DNA of 28,904 nt from Pseudomonadota bacterium (GTDB taxonomy: Bacteria; Bdellovibrionota; FAC87; UBA2466), in the NCBI GenBank assembly GCA_043718025.1, contig JAYSWN010000111.1:1-28904 (forward strand), written 5' to 3'. Position 1 is the stretch's first letter; every line of letters begins with the position of its first letter. The notes beneath the pieces were generated by a model, which saw only the letters and a program-made list of their open reading frames with translations, made no database searches and had not been told where the DNA came from. The translations under genes were made by a program, and so were the position numbers. Below are positions 17,612-27,700 of the stretch, one piece after another.

Positions 17612-19468
17612 TTAAAAGGCGAAGAGATCCGGGTTACCCAAATAACGTCTGAGATGTTCTTGCCCACGATTGTACGCTGCAATCGTGGGCCCAAGGGCCT
17701 CACTCAGAGTGGCAACTGCATCCGCCGAATAGGCCGCGGCGGTTAGCGAAATTTCGCGGCTTACGGTTTGCGGCGTGAAATTAAATAGACCAAGTCCCAT
17801 ATACGTTTTTATGGCCGAGCGATAAACATGCCACGACCCAGTCGATGGAATGCGCATTGCTGATTGATTCAGCAAGACAAAGTTCACCTTCAAATCAACG
17901 AGCGTTTTTTTGGGGTTTGGGTCGCCTTGGGCGGCCAATTTTTCTATTGCTCTTCGGTAGGAAACCACTAAAAGTTCTTCACCCGTAAGCTCAGCGTCAC
18001 TACTCACTTCAATCGCCTTAAATTCGCTAAGAAACTCGTCGAGATTTTGCAAACCATCGTACTCAAGCCGATTATGGATATTTCGTTTCCTTACCACTCT
18101 ACCCTGGGCCGCAAAACCGTACTGCTCTGAGTCTTTAACTGCGTAGTCGGCCAGTGAGTCTCTATATTCGGCCATCGGCCCATCCCCCAAAAAATTGAGG
18201 GCGCTTTGCCCTTCTTCGTTTTGCAAGCTGGAGTATTTCTGGGCGGCCAAAATGAGTAGATGTCGAGATAAGAACGAAAAGTCTCTTAGCTCAATTACAT
18301 TTTTTTCATCGGCATCGCTCAAGAACTCGGTGCGGTTTTGCTGAGCACTTAGCCACAGCTGCAGGGCCTCAAAAGCCGAAAGCTGATTACCCGAGGCGCC
18401 AACCAGCGACCCCACCGCCGGGTTTACGTTCTTAATATCAATTGATTGCAGGGCATCTTTCAGGGGACGAACATGCGCCAGTTGTCCGGGTGAATTTTGG
18501 TAACCCGAAAAATCATGCATCAAATAGGTTCGGCGATAGACATTACCGATTCGCTCGTTTAACGAGTGGCCAAAGAGATAGGCCTCATCAAGGTTGCCAC
18601 CCAAGAGAATCAGCTCACGCGAAGCAAAATAAAGCCCCATGCGCAAGGTTTCGAAGAAAGCCTGACTACTAATTTGCGCCGCGCGACCCAACTCCCAAAC
18701 GTAAGGGTATTTTTGGCGATCAATCGGGAGTACCAGATCGTCACTCTCTAAATGCAATCTAAGCCTTTGGCCCCCCGGTTGGCCCGAAAGAATCCACGTA
18801 GCACCTTCCTTAAGCTGATAGGTGGCCGCTTTGGCCTCCTCTTCGGGGGTGCGTTCGTGTCCAAGATCAAATTGCGCAAAGTAGTTGGCCACTCCGGCCG
18901 CAATGGGCTCCCGGCGGGCAAAATCGGGAACCCGGCCAAACTGATCGATCAGTTCGCCGCCCGTGCGCTCAGTAGTGGCCTCGATAAAGAGCACTTGGTT
19001 GGGATTGAGCTGCCGTGGCACCAAGGCCTGAGCCTGACGCAATCGGGCGCTGATGTAGTTAGTGTCTTCCATCACTTGCAGTGGAAAGAACTGGTTACGA
19101 TCAAGGAGGGTACGGCCCCGACTGCCCGAGCCCACTTCGGTGTGAGCCGGGTTAGCTTGTAGAAATGGACTCCCACGGCGTAGGGCCTGCGCCACTGCCG
19201 ACGGCGTAGACTTGAATTGGCCCAGGATGCTCGCCTCACCCCGATTGACGGAGCTGAAGCCCTCGCCGAAATTACGAAAATCGACCAGCCCGGCCGTATC
19301 GAAAGTGCGGCCAAAATAGTTCCAGACCGTTAGCGATGGGCTTTGGGCCGGCAGCCCCCGCAGACGCAGCTCTCGGGCGCAAATCGAGGGGCCGATATCC
19401 GCCGGGTCAATGACGCCGAGAGCCCCCCCCTGAGCCAAGACCCCTATAGTGATGAGCCAACGCACCAT
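17612..19468 (-). CDS. Exported hypothetical protein, possibly with a GNAT/LuxI-like acyltransferase fold centrally
   Basis: 618-aa ORF; weak N-terminal signal; VWELGRAA and GHSL...VYRRTY loosely resemble acyltransferase motifs (function low confidence). Confidence 0.7.
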   Translation of the reverse strand: MVRWLITIGVLAQGGALGVIDPADIGPSICARELRLRGLPAQSPSLTVWNYFGRTFDTAGLVDFRNFGEGFSSVNRGEASILGQFKSTPSAVAQALRRGSPFLQANPAHTEVGSGSRGRTLLDRNQFFPLQVMEDTNYISARLRQAQALVPRQLNPNQVLFIEATTERTGGELIDQFGRVPDFARREPIAAGVANYFAQFDLGHERTPEEEAKAATYQLKEGATWILSGQPGGQRLRLHLESDDLVLPIDRQKYPYVWELGRAAQISSQAFFETLRMGLYFASRELILLGGNLDEAYLFGHSLNERIGNVYRRTYLMHDFSGYQNSPGQLAHVRPLKDALQSIDIKNVNPAVGSLVGASGNQLSAFEALQLWLSAQQNRTEFLSDADEKNVIELRDFSFLSRHLLILAAQKYSSLQNEEGQSALNFLGDGPMAEYRDSLADYAVKDSEQYGFAAQGRVVRKRNIHNRLEYDGLQNLDEFLSEFKAIEVSSDAELTGEELLVVSYRRAIEKLAAQGDPNPKKTLVDLKVNFVLLNQSAMRIPSTGSWHVYRSAIKTYMGLGLFNFTPQTVSREISLTAAAYSADAVATLSEALGPTIAAYNRGQEHLRRYLGNPDLFAF

Positions 19469-19537
19469 GCGAAGTGGGTTAACACGAATTCAATAAATTC
19501 GATACTCTGCGAAGGCGAAGGGGGGCTTCGCCGATCG

Positions 19538-19546
19538 TGCTAGAAT
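19538..19546 (+). promoter_or_regulatory. Extended -10 element (TGcTAGAAT) upstream of the 19559 gene
   Basis: TGn-TAGAAT 12 nt before the ATG; no Shine-Dalgarno sequence. Confidence 0.45.
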
Positions 19547-19558
19547 TAAACACTCCTC

Positions 19559-20416
19559 ATGCGCCGCTTACTCTTTTCTACCACCCTACTTTTTATGCTC
19601 TCGGCCCATCCGAATGCACAATCAGAACCTAGCGTATTTGGTTCAGTCGAATGCCAGAAGGCCTTAAAAGAAATTCGCCGCGAACGCGCCATTATTTACG
19701 CCTTGAAAGCAGAGGACTTAGGCCACGAGGGCCGCGAAATCGACGAGTATATTGAGCGCGCCATTCGCCGCTCCTACTTCAAAGGGCTCACGCGCGACGC
19801 CGCGCAAAGGCTCAATGGCACCAAGTTGTTTATCAGCTACTTAAAGGCACAGCGAACTTTTCTGTTGCCCAAACGGCAAAGAAAAGACGCCGTGCTGGCG
19901 ACCTCAAAACTGCTTGAAGAATTGGCCGCCGAAGCCGACCCCACCCTCGGGGGAAGGCGACCAATTTTAGCGCTGCTGGTCGAGGCAAAGGCGCCCGAGT
20001 CTCTGGCGGATGCCGCCCAAATAGAGTCATTTATGACCCTTCAGTTGTACCTATCGAACCTACGGGCAGAAGTTTCAAAGGGATTTCGCGACCATTTGCC
20101 GACGGATAAAACAATCGCCGACAGCGACCCGGCCGCGGTGGCTAAAATAGTAGAAGACCTTTCTCAAGAATCTTTCGCCCGGCTTCAATCGAGTTTACAA
20201 TCGGCATCCCCCAACACGGGAAAACCGAATTTCTTGCCCGTTTCGGTGGCCGACTACCCAAGCCAGCTAAGTAGGGTATTGAATGCCCCGTCGATACCAC
20301 CGGCAATCAAAGAAGAGCTTACTTTGCAGAAAAATTTTGAAGAAAAATACCAAGCCTCGCCTAGCCAAATGCAACGGCAGTTCGTAGCTGAATTGGTCGG
20401 CTATTTTTTAGAATAA
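19559..20416 (+). CDS. Secreted alpha-helical hypothetical protein
   Basis: Signal MRRLLFSTTLLFMLSAHPNA; 285 aa; single Cys. Confidence 0.8.
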   Translation: MRRLLFSTTLLFMLSAHPNAQSEPSVFGSVECQKALKEIRRERAIIYALKAEDLGHEGREIDEYIERAIRRSYFKGLTRDAAQRLNGTKLFISYLKAQRTFLLPKRQRKDAVLATSKLLEELAAEADPTLGGRRPILALLVEAKAPESLADAAQIESFMTLQLYLSNLRAEVSKGFRDHLPTDKTIADSDPAAVAKIVEDLSQESFARLQSSLQSASPNTGKPNFLPVSVADYPSQLSRVLNAPSIPPAIKEELTLQKNFEEKYQASPSQMQRQFVAELVGYFLE

Positions 20417-20475
20417 AAAAACTCGCCAAAACAGGCGTTGGCCAGACCACAAAGTGACGGCGCATCTTTTGCGAA

Positions 20476-21006
20476 TCAGGCCGTTGCCTCGCAGCACTTC
20501 TTATATTTCTTACCGCTTTGGCAGGGGCAGGGGTCATTACGGCCAACCTTAGATCCTTCACGCACCACGGTAGCAGGCTGTGGCGTGTCGTGATGGCCTT
20601 CGCCCTCTTTATGCTCGTGGGCGTCGCCATCTACGAACAACCACTGGCCCTCTTTAGTTTTGCGAAAAGTGGCCACCTCGTGGTGATCTAAACCCACGCC
20701 CTCTCTTTCGTACGTCGCCGTGAACTCAACCAGTCCCGTGCTGTCGGAAGGGCCACCTTTTTTAGTGTCCTGAATCTTTAGCCCCTTCCATTTAGAACCT
20801 TCGGCCCATTGCCTAGTCCCCACTTCATCAAAGTCTTTTTTCGAGCCGTTCACCATCGTCTTTTTTATGTATTCGATATCGGCACGCGTGTAGGCGGTGT
20901 AGCGGCTTCGCATCAATTGTTCGGCCGTATCGGGGTGCCGTTTTCCGGCCAGATAGGGGCCGCAGCACAATTCGAAAGTACTATCTAATCCGCAGGGGCA
21001 TTTCAT
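20476..21006 (-). CDS. ychJ: YchJ family (UPF0225) protein with SEC-C metal-binding motifs
   Basis: [35 protein letters not shown]-terminal [20 protein letters not shown]. Confidence 0.95.
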   Translation of the reverse strand: MKCPCGLDSTFELCCGPYLAGKRHPDTAEQLMRSRYTAYTRADIEYIKKTMVNGSKKDFDEVGTRQWAEGSKWKGLKIQDTKKGGPSDSTGLVEFTATYEREGVGLDHHEVATFRKTKEGQWLFVDGDAHEHKEGEGHHDTPQPATVVREGSKVGRNDPCPCQSGKKYKKCCEATA

Positions 21007-21042
21007 TGAATCTCCAGTTTCTCCACACGCCTTAGTTTCCCG

Positions 21043-21795
21043 CTAAGGATGGCCCGGCGAGCGAGTTTTCAAAAACAGTAAAGTGGGGTCTGTGTTCGAA
21101 AGCGCCGCCACCCTAACCGTCAAACTGGGATAATAGCCAGCGATCTCTTCTAATACGACTATATCTTTTCCACTTAACGGACTGGACTGCGGGTGGGTAT
21201 GAAGTAGTACGATTTCGGAAAAGAGGGCGGATTGCCCTTCGGCGCGAATGGCCGCTACGGCCTCGTTGTAAGAGTTTGAAATATCGTCGCCATCGATCTC
21301 TCGCCGATCTTTTGAGTTGATTCGGGTCGAGGAGACAACTCTTCCCTGCGGCGAAATAAATAGCCAAACTCCAATTTCCGCCCCGTGCTGCAAAGACTCG
21401 GCTCGAAGTTCAGCGGCCAATTCTCTCATAGGCGGAGAGAGCGCCTGCGTGTCGAGCACCAATTGGTCACTCGGCTTGCCGGTTGCCACCCGTTTTGAGA
21501 CTCCCCTGAATACGACCGTGTCGGATTGTTCAATTCTAACTCTCCGGCCTTTGTGTTGAGCCCAATCGATGAGCGAGCAATCTGAAGAGCACGTCACCCT
21601 CACTACATTCTCACCGCGATTCTCCTCGGCAATAAATTTCCAGGGAAGAATTACTCGTCCACTGCTCGGATAGGCTTCTAACACCTTGAATGCCAGGTCG
21701 CAGCTTGAGTGCAGAAAACCCGATTGCGCATATACGACATTTGTCGCCAGGCTGGCAAAAAGCAAGGTCCTGCCAAATGTAGAAAAGAAAGCCAT
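21043..21795 (-). CDS. Secreted JAB/MPN+ (JAMM) motif metalloprotein
   Basis: Upstream Glu (GAEIG) and LHTHPQSSPLSGKD (HxH...SxxD); signal ending VVYA; ATG 3 nt after the stop of the giant gene. Confidence 0.75.
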   Translation of the reverse strand: MAFFSTFGRTLLFASLATNVVYAQSGFLHSSCDLAFKVLEAYPSSGRVILPWKFIAEENRGENVVRVTCSSDCSLIDWAQHKGRRVRIEQSDTVVFRGVSKRVATGKPSDQLVLDTQALSPPMRELAAELRAESLQHGAEIGVWLFISPQGRVVSSTRINSKDRREIDGDDISNSYNEAVAAIRAEGQSALFSEIVLLHTHPQSSPLSGKDIVVLEEIAGYYPSLTVRVAALSNTDPTLLFLKTRSPGHP

Positions 21796-21798
21796 CGC

Positions 21799-24700
21799 CT
21801 ACGCAACATACTTTCTGCGGTAGCGGCGTCCAAAAAAAAGCGCGCCCACCAAGGTGAGTAAATTGAGCAACATTCCCCAACCCGGCAACTCAGGCCTATT
21901 TCCGATTTGGTGAACACTGGCGCAGGAGCCCGCCGAAGCCCTTTGTTCGCTTCGAGGTTCACCCTTTGCGCTTTGACTCACTTGCAGCATCGGATCGCCT
22001 AGCAAAGTCCACGAACGGATAATATCGGCGGTGCCCAGCGACACTCCACCGCGGTTTTTGGCCAAACGAATGGCGTCTCCCAAACGCATCGAACCTTCGG
22101 CAAGTATTTGGTAGAGGGCTTTTTGAAACGGTTCTTGAAGATCCGGCGAAGTCATTGAGGTTGATCCCCAAAAGGCAATTGCGCCGCCGGTGGGATTAAA
22201 AATCAATCTCTCCGCCAAACTCCGAAAGGCCGGGTCAGCGTCATAGAAGTAAGTATTCAAACAGTTCATCGCCACAATGATTGGCAGAGTTTTATTATCC
22301 AACTTTTCGGCGTCAGCGTTTTGAAAAAATTCGGCCGCGGCCCAACGATCTTCGGCCCCGTGCCCCATAAAGTGGATAAAGGCACTTCCGGCACTAAACG
22401 CCGCCACCAGTTTTTGCTTCAGATCCTCGTCACTTTGCGAGCCTCTAAGTAAACGATTCACCACCAACCCCGATTTAGAGGCCGTGATCTGGCTGGCCAA
22501 AGAATCGGCTTTGGCATGAAAATGCTCCCCGCCCAGCTGATCTTGGTCACTGATAAGGGTAATCTGGTTAGCCGCCACGCCGGTTGGCCGCGCCACCCCG
22601 CGCTCAAAACGGATCACTTTTTCCACGTAGGCCTGGATCAGCTCAGGGGTGCCGCCGGGAATGCGGCCGATGGCAAGATGAGGGGCATCACTCTCGTCAT
22701 CCAACGAAACGTACCAGTTATCGTTTCCGTAGTCCGCGTACAGCCCTTTGCTCAAGTGAACCGGTAAAACCCCTTTTGGATTGTAGTGCAGTTGGTTTTT
22801 CGGATCGTAAGTTCCGTCTCCCACCAGCACGACGTACTTGGGGGCCGGCGACTGCCAGTGGGTTACCACGTATTTTATAAACTCTTTAATTGCGACGGAC
22901 GACTCTGCCCCTTTACCAAACTCCATGTATATTTTTTCGAGGTCTACGAGTGCCGTACGGAACCCCTGGCTTTTTCGATATTCGGCCAGGGGGGAAATCG
23001 CGCCGAGCAGCTTTGCTGGGCCAAGGTAGAGCACGTCGGCCCCTTGGTCGGTAGCCACCAAGTTACTGCCCACGTTAAGTTCTATCGAGGCGGGTCTGGG
23101 CACTACCCCATTCTCAACCGCCCAAAACCGTCGTCCGAGAGTAGGATTGCCCGTAACTGTGCCAAACTGGATTTGATTTCCCGCTTCCGTTACTGAAGTA
23201 ACGACGCCATCCACAATCGTAAGACTATCGGCGTGAGTAATATCGTAGAGTTGAATGTGGGAACTGGTAAAACCGCCGATCGTGAGGGTGCTTCCCGTCT
23301 GGTAATTTAAAAACTCGGCTATTCCCTCTTCCGCCAGCCAATCGTGCGGGTAATCCACCACGATACGGTCTAAATTGATAATGTCGTAGTCACCGCCGAC
23401 GAGATCACCCACCGCCTCCAAATCAATTGCATTCTGCGTCGCCACGAAGCGATTGGCCGCCACCTCGAAAAGAGAGACGTGGGGTTCATTGGTCTGAAAC
23501 TCATCATCGCCCACGGCAATACCATTCACCTTAAGGCGAAGATGGTGCACCGGATTTTTTATCCGTACACCGGCCCCCCCTTTTACGTAGACTTTCACCG
23601 TCACGCTGCCCTGAGCGATAAGCGAGGGCAGCGAAACCACGGTACTGATCTTCTCTTCTCCTGGGGTGTGGGGCGGCGAATAGAATCTCCCCCATAAAAT
23701 GTGATCTAACCCCTCGCCGTAGGGCTCATTAAAAAATCCGAACGAAGCTTTTTCTAACGTTACGCGCTTGTTAAAATAGCGCTGGCTGCTTGGCGTGCCG
23801 ACGGGCACCCCCGAGATTCGGGCCATTCTCTTTCCAACTACCGAATCTAAATATAGGACCAAGGTGTTGTGGGCAGATTCTGCGGACTCGAAATACGGGG
23901 CAAAGAAGCGGATGAAATCACCCGACGAAAAAGTTCCGCTAACGCTACTCACTTCAATTGGCAGCTCAACCAAATCACGAAACAGCCTGAGTTTGGCGCT
24001 GTCCCCTCGCCAAAACGGCCCTTCTACCCCCGCAGAAACCAGATCATCGAAGCTCAGCTGATACAGTCCGGTCTTCGCGATTCTAATTTTGAGACCACCT
24101 TCTAGCCCGTAAGGACCGCTCGCTTCGGGCGCAGCTCCCGAATTCCAGGCCGGAGCTGGCCCAAGAAAAACATCGAAAATGATCTGGGTAGCCACTTCCG
24201 CGGTGCGCGAACCCGCACTGTAGCGCAGGGGGAAAATAGTTACCGGCAGAGAAATTTTATCTGAGCTCTCCACCGCTTTTCCCAACTGCACGGGTGAGGA
24301 CGGCGTAAATTCAGTTGCTGCGTAAAAGTTGGCATCAAAAGCCGGCTTCGGCCCAAGCGCCCCATTTTCTAAAACCCATTCGGGATTGGGGCTTATGGAA
24401 ATTGGACTCACCGTTATCGATTTTTGATCAACAAGCTTAAAGGTTGCCTCGGCCAGTTTCGGAATTTGCAGGTACAGAGTGCGTTCCAAATTTTCAGCTC
24501 GACCGGCCGTTCCGCCCACGGAGTAACCGTCGATAGCGATGTGCTCGTAGGGAAACACCGCCGGTGCCCGTTTTAGTGGGGCAACGTCGATGCGAACTCT
24601 TAGGGAGTGCGTGGTGTACGCAAGCAAAGTCACTCCCGGGGCAAGCTCCACTTGGCCCGGCGCAAAGCTATTGGCTTGGGCGGTGGCGGAGGGGGTGGAA

Positions 24701-27700
24701 CCGCCTTGGCTTCCGGTGATCGCACTAGATTGCGCGGCCGGAGCGGGGCCAAGAAACGCGAACGGCGTGGCCGGAAGTGGTCCATGCCTTTTGCGTTGTC
24801 CGGTCGTAGAAATGTCTTCGATCCAATAATAGTACGTGCGAGCGTTCGCCACGGTTCGGTCGAAAAACTGGTAGTGCCCATGCACCGTCCCCGTGGCCAA
24901 TGGGTTTCTCAACATCACGGGGTTGATTTGCACGGCCCCAAACTCTGGGTCTTCACTTCGATAGACGTTAAAGCCACTGTGTAAGATTTCTAGCCCCGTA
25001 ATCCAATCAACGAGGACCGAACCATCGTAGGGAATGGCTTGAAATTTGGTCAGCGTCACGGGAGAGGCGGCGGCCGTCATCGTGGCATTGCAAGTGGTGT
25101 TGCTCACCTTGCTTTGCACAACAGGAAAATCTACCGCCACAAAAAAGTCACCGAACCAGTTGGTAAAGCTCGTGGTCTGATTGGCGCACCCTGAAGAAAA
25201 GACCAGCCAGTAAGCCGTAGCCACGGTAGGGGGAGAATTGCCGGCGCCCCAGTTAAAACCAACGTAGTCGGCCGTGGCGGGTAACGTGCCCGTAGTATTC
25301 AACTGCAGCGCCTTGAGCGTTCCGCCGCAAGTTCCGGTGGCCGGCAAATCGGTAAACTGGCCGCCATTGAGCGTGCTCAATGTCGTTGTGCCGTTGACCT
25401 GTAAGCCATTGCAATCTAGCCACGCCATGACCCAACCGGTTAAATTTAAAGTGCCGGAAGTGGCCACGAACGACCACGTGCCGCTTCCCCCGTTTCGGGT
25501 CATCGTTCCCTTATTTGAAAGTGACTGCGGATAGCCATCGTTGGTTCCCGCTATTCGGAAAGTAGCGCCACTCACCGTAAAGGTTTGGGCGTTGGAAATT
25601 GCGACCGTAGCTCCTGAATCAACTAGAAAAGTTGCCGATGAGATCGCGGCCCCGTTGGGTAAGGTGAGAATGTCGCCATTGCGAACGTTAAAGGTGAACG
25701 TTTTGCCCGCGGTGATTACAAAGTTGTTGATCGTGAGATTATTATTGCCAATGTAGACGTACCCTCCCGCCGTCTTGTTAAAGACCAGGTAATTTAGAGC
25801 GGATGAACTCTGTAACGTGTTGTTAGTGGGTACCGCACCGTTGTCCCGAACCGAAATTGTGGCGGTTGCGCTGGCTTGGGTTATTGTTCCGGTATTCGTA
25901 ATAGAACCGTAGACGTCCAGATTTTGCCCAGTGTTTATCGTGAGCGTGCCGTTACCGATGGTAAGCGACTTACAGATGGCACCGGCCGCGCTAATGATCG
26001 GATTTCTTACCGCCGAATTGATCACGCAATTTTTAGTGGCGTCAGGAATCACTGTATTGGGACTCCAGTTTGTCGCCACGTTCCACGCCGTCGACGTGGT
26101 GCCGGTCCAAGTGATGGTGCTGCCAATCACGGTAATCGTGCGGCCACTCGCCGGGGGGGCAAACGATCCGTTGAAGGAGTAACTTTGGCTATTTACGACG
26201 TGGGCAGAAGAAGCGATCTTAGCGACAAGCGTAGCGCCGGCGGTGGCCGTTGACGCCACATCGTACTCTACATAAATGCAACGTTTCGGCGGCGACACAA
26301 GGCTTGATTGCACGATAACGCCGGTGAGGCCGCTAAAAGTGAGCGTGGGTGGACTACCGGTAAAAGTTAAAGCCGAACCCACCTGAGTTCCCCCCGTTCC
26401 GCTGCAGGCAGAATCATAATAGAGCCGCGCGCTACCCACGTCGGAGGCCGATCCGGTTCCGTCTAAAGTGATTTTAACCGACGTAATATTGGTGTCGGCA
26501 AAGCTACCCACCTGCGTCTGTTGAAATCCAAACCAACCGGCGCGAACTGAGGTGTCGCCCTGATTGGCGTTATTTACCCCGGCCGAAATCGAATGGACCC
26601 CAGACTGCGTGCCCGTGGTGTTGATGGCGGCACCTCCGCTGGTAGCGGAAACACTAAAGGTGTTGGCGGTGGGTGCAGGAGCGGCGGCAACGTAATAGGT
26701 GGTTGCGGCAACTAGCCCGGTCGGCAAAGCACCCGTAGTGCTAAATTGAACGGCCGCCCCGGCATTCAAGCCGTGAGCGTTCCAAGTGACCACTCCCGGT
26801 ACGGCGATGGCAATGGTAACCACGCCCGACAACCCTTCGGAAGTTAACTTCAAGGTAGTAGTCGGCGACGTCCAACTCACGAGGTAGGTCGGCGCGGTGG
26901 TGCAGCAGTTGGTGAGATCACCGCTATAGTTACTCACGGTTAATGTTCCCGCCGCCGCACTGGTTAAAATGGATTTAGTCCCGGTGGCGGCCGACCCCGC
27001 CTTATCGAATGTCATGCTACCCAGCGCATTTCCCGGAATCTGTCGATTAAGCGTCAACAAAATCGGATTGGTGCCCACGGGGTAGGTAAATGACCCATTC
27101 TGCATGTAGTAAGTGGCGTCCACCGTGGCACCGCCGTTAATCGTCAACCCAGCCACCGCCAGTTTACTGAAAGTGTAGTACTGAGCCTTAATGGTACCCG
27201 TGATCACCACCGCGCATCCGGTGGCGATTCCGGCACAAGTGAACGCGGCATTTTGCGCTGCGGATCCGACGATCTCTAAAGTTCCCAACGCATTTACGGT
27301 AAGGGTTCTTCCATCGCCGAGGGTGAGCGTGGCTCCCGGATCGATCATTAGGGTTCCCCCATTGACGGTGATAGTGCCCAAAACGGTGAGGTTCACTCCT
27401 GGAGTGATGCGCAAAATCCCTGCCGTAAGGGTTAAATTTCCACCGATGGTCCAGTTACTGTTCACGCTGACGGTCGGATTGGTCGCCGCCGTATTGTTGA
27501 TGACCACGTTTCCGGGGAATGTGGTCTGCGCCAAAATACTTTGGCTCGCCACGGTAGAGGCAAAAGAGAGATTACCCGTTACCGAGGTGAGAAACGTATA
27601 TCCGGTGCCGAGCTCAAGCCCGCCCAACAACGTCAACGTATTGGCCGTCCCGCCCCACGTCATCTTACCAAGATCGGGGAGCAACAAATTGGTGCAAGTG

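Noticed and set aside
19514..19532. Hairpin GGCGAAG-ggggg-CTTCGCC
   Set aside because: Short stem between divergent genes with no U-tract; no function can be supported
20476..20560. SEC-C motif suggesting a secA fragment
   Set aside because: Normal C-terminal motif of YchJ-family proteins
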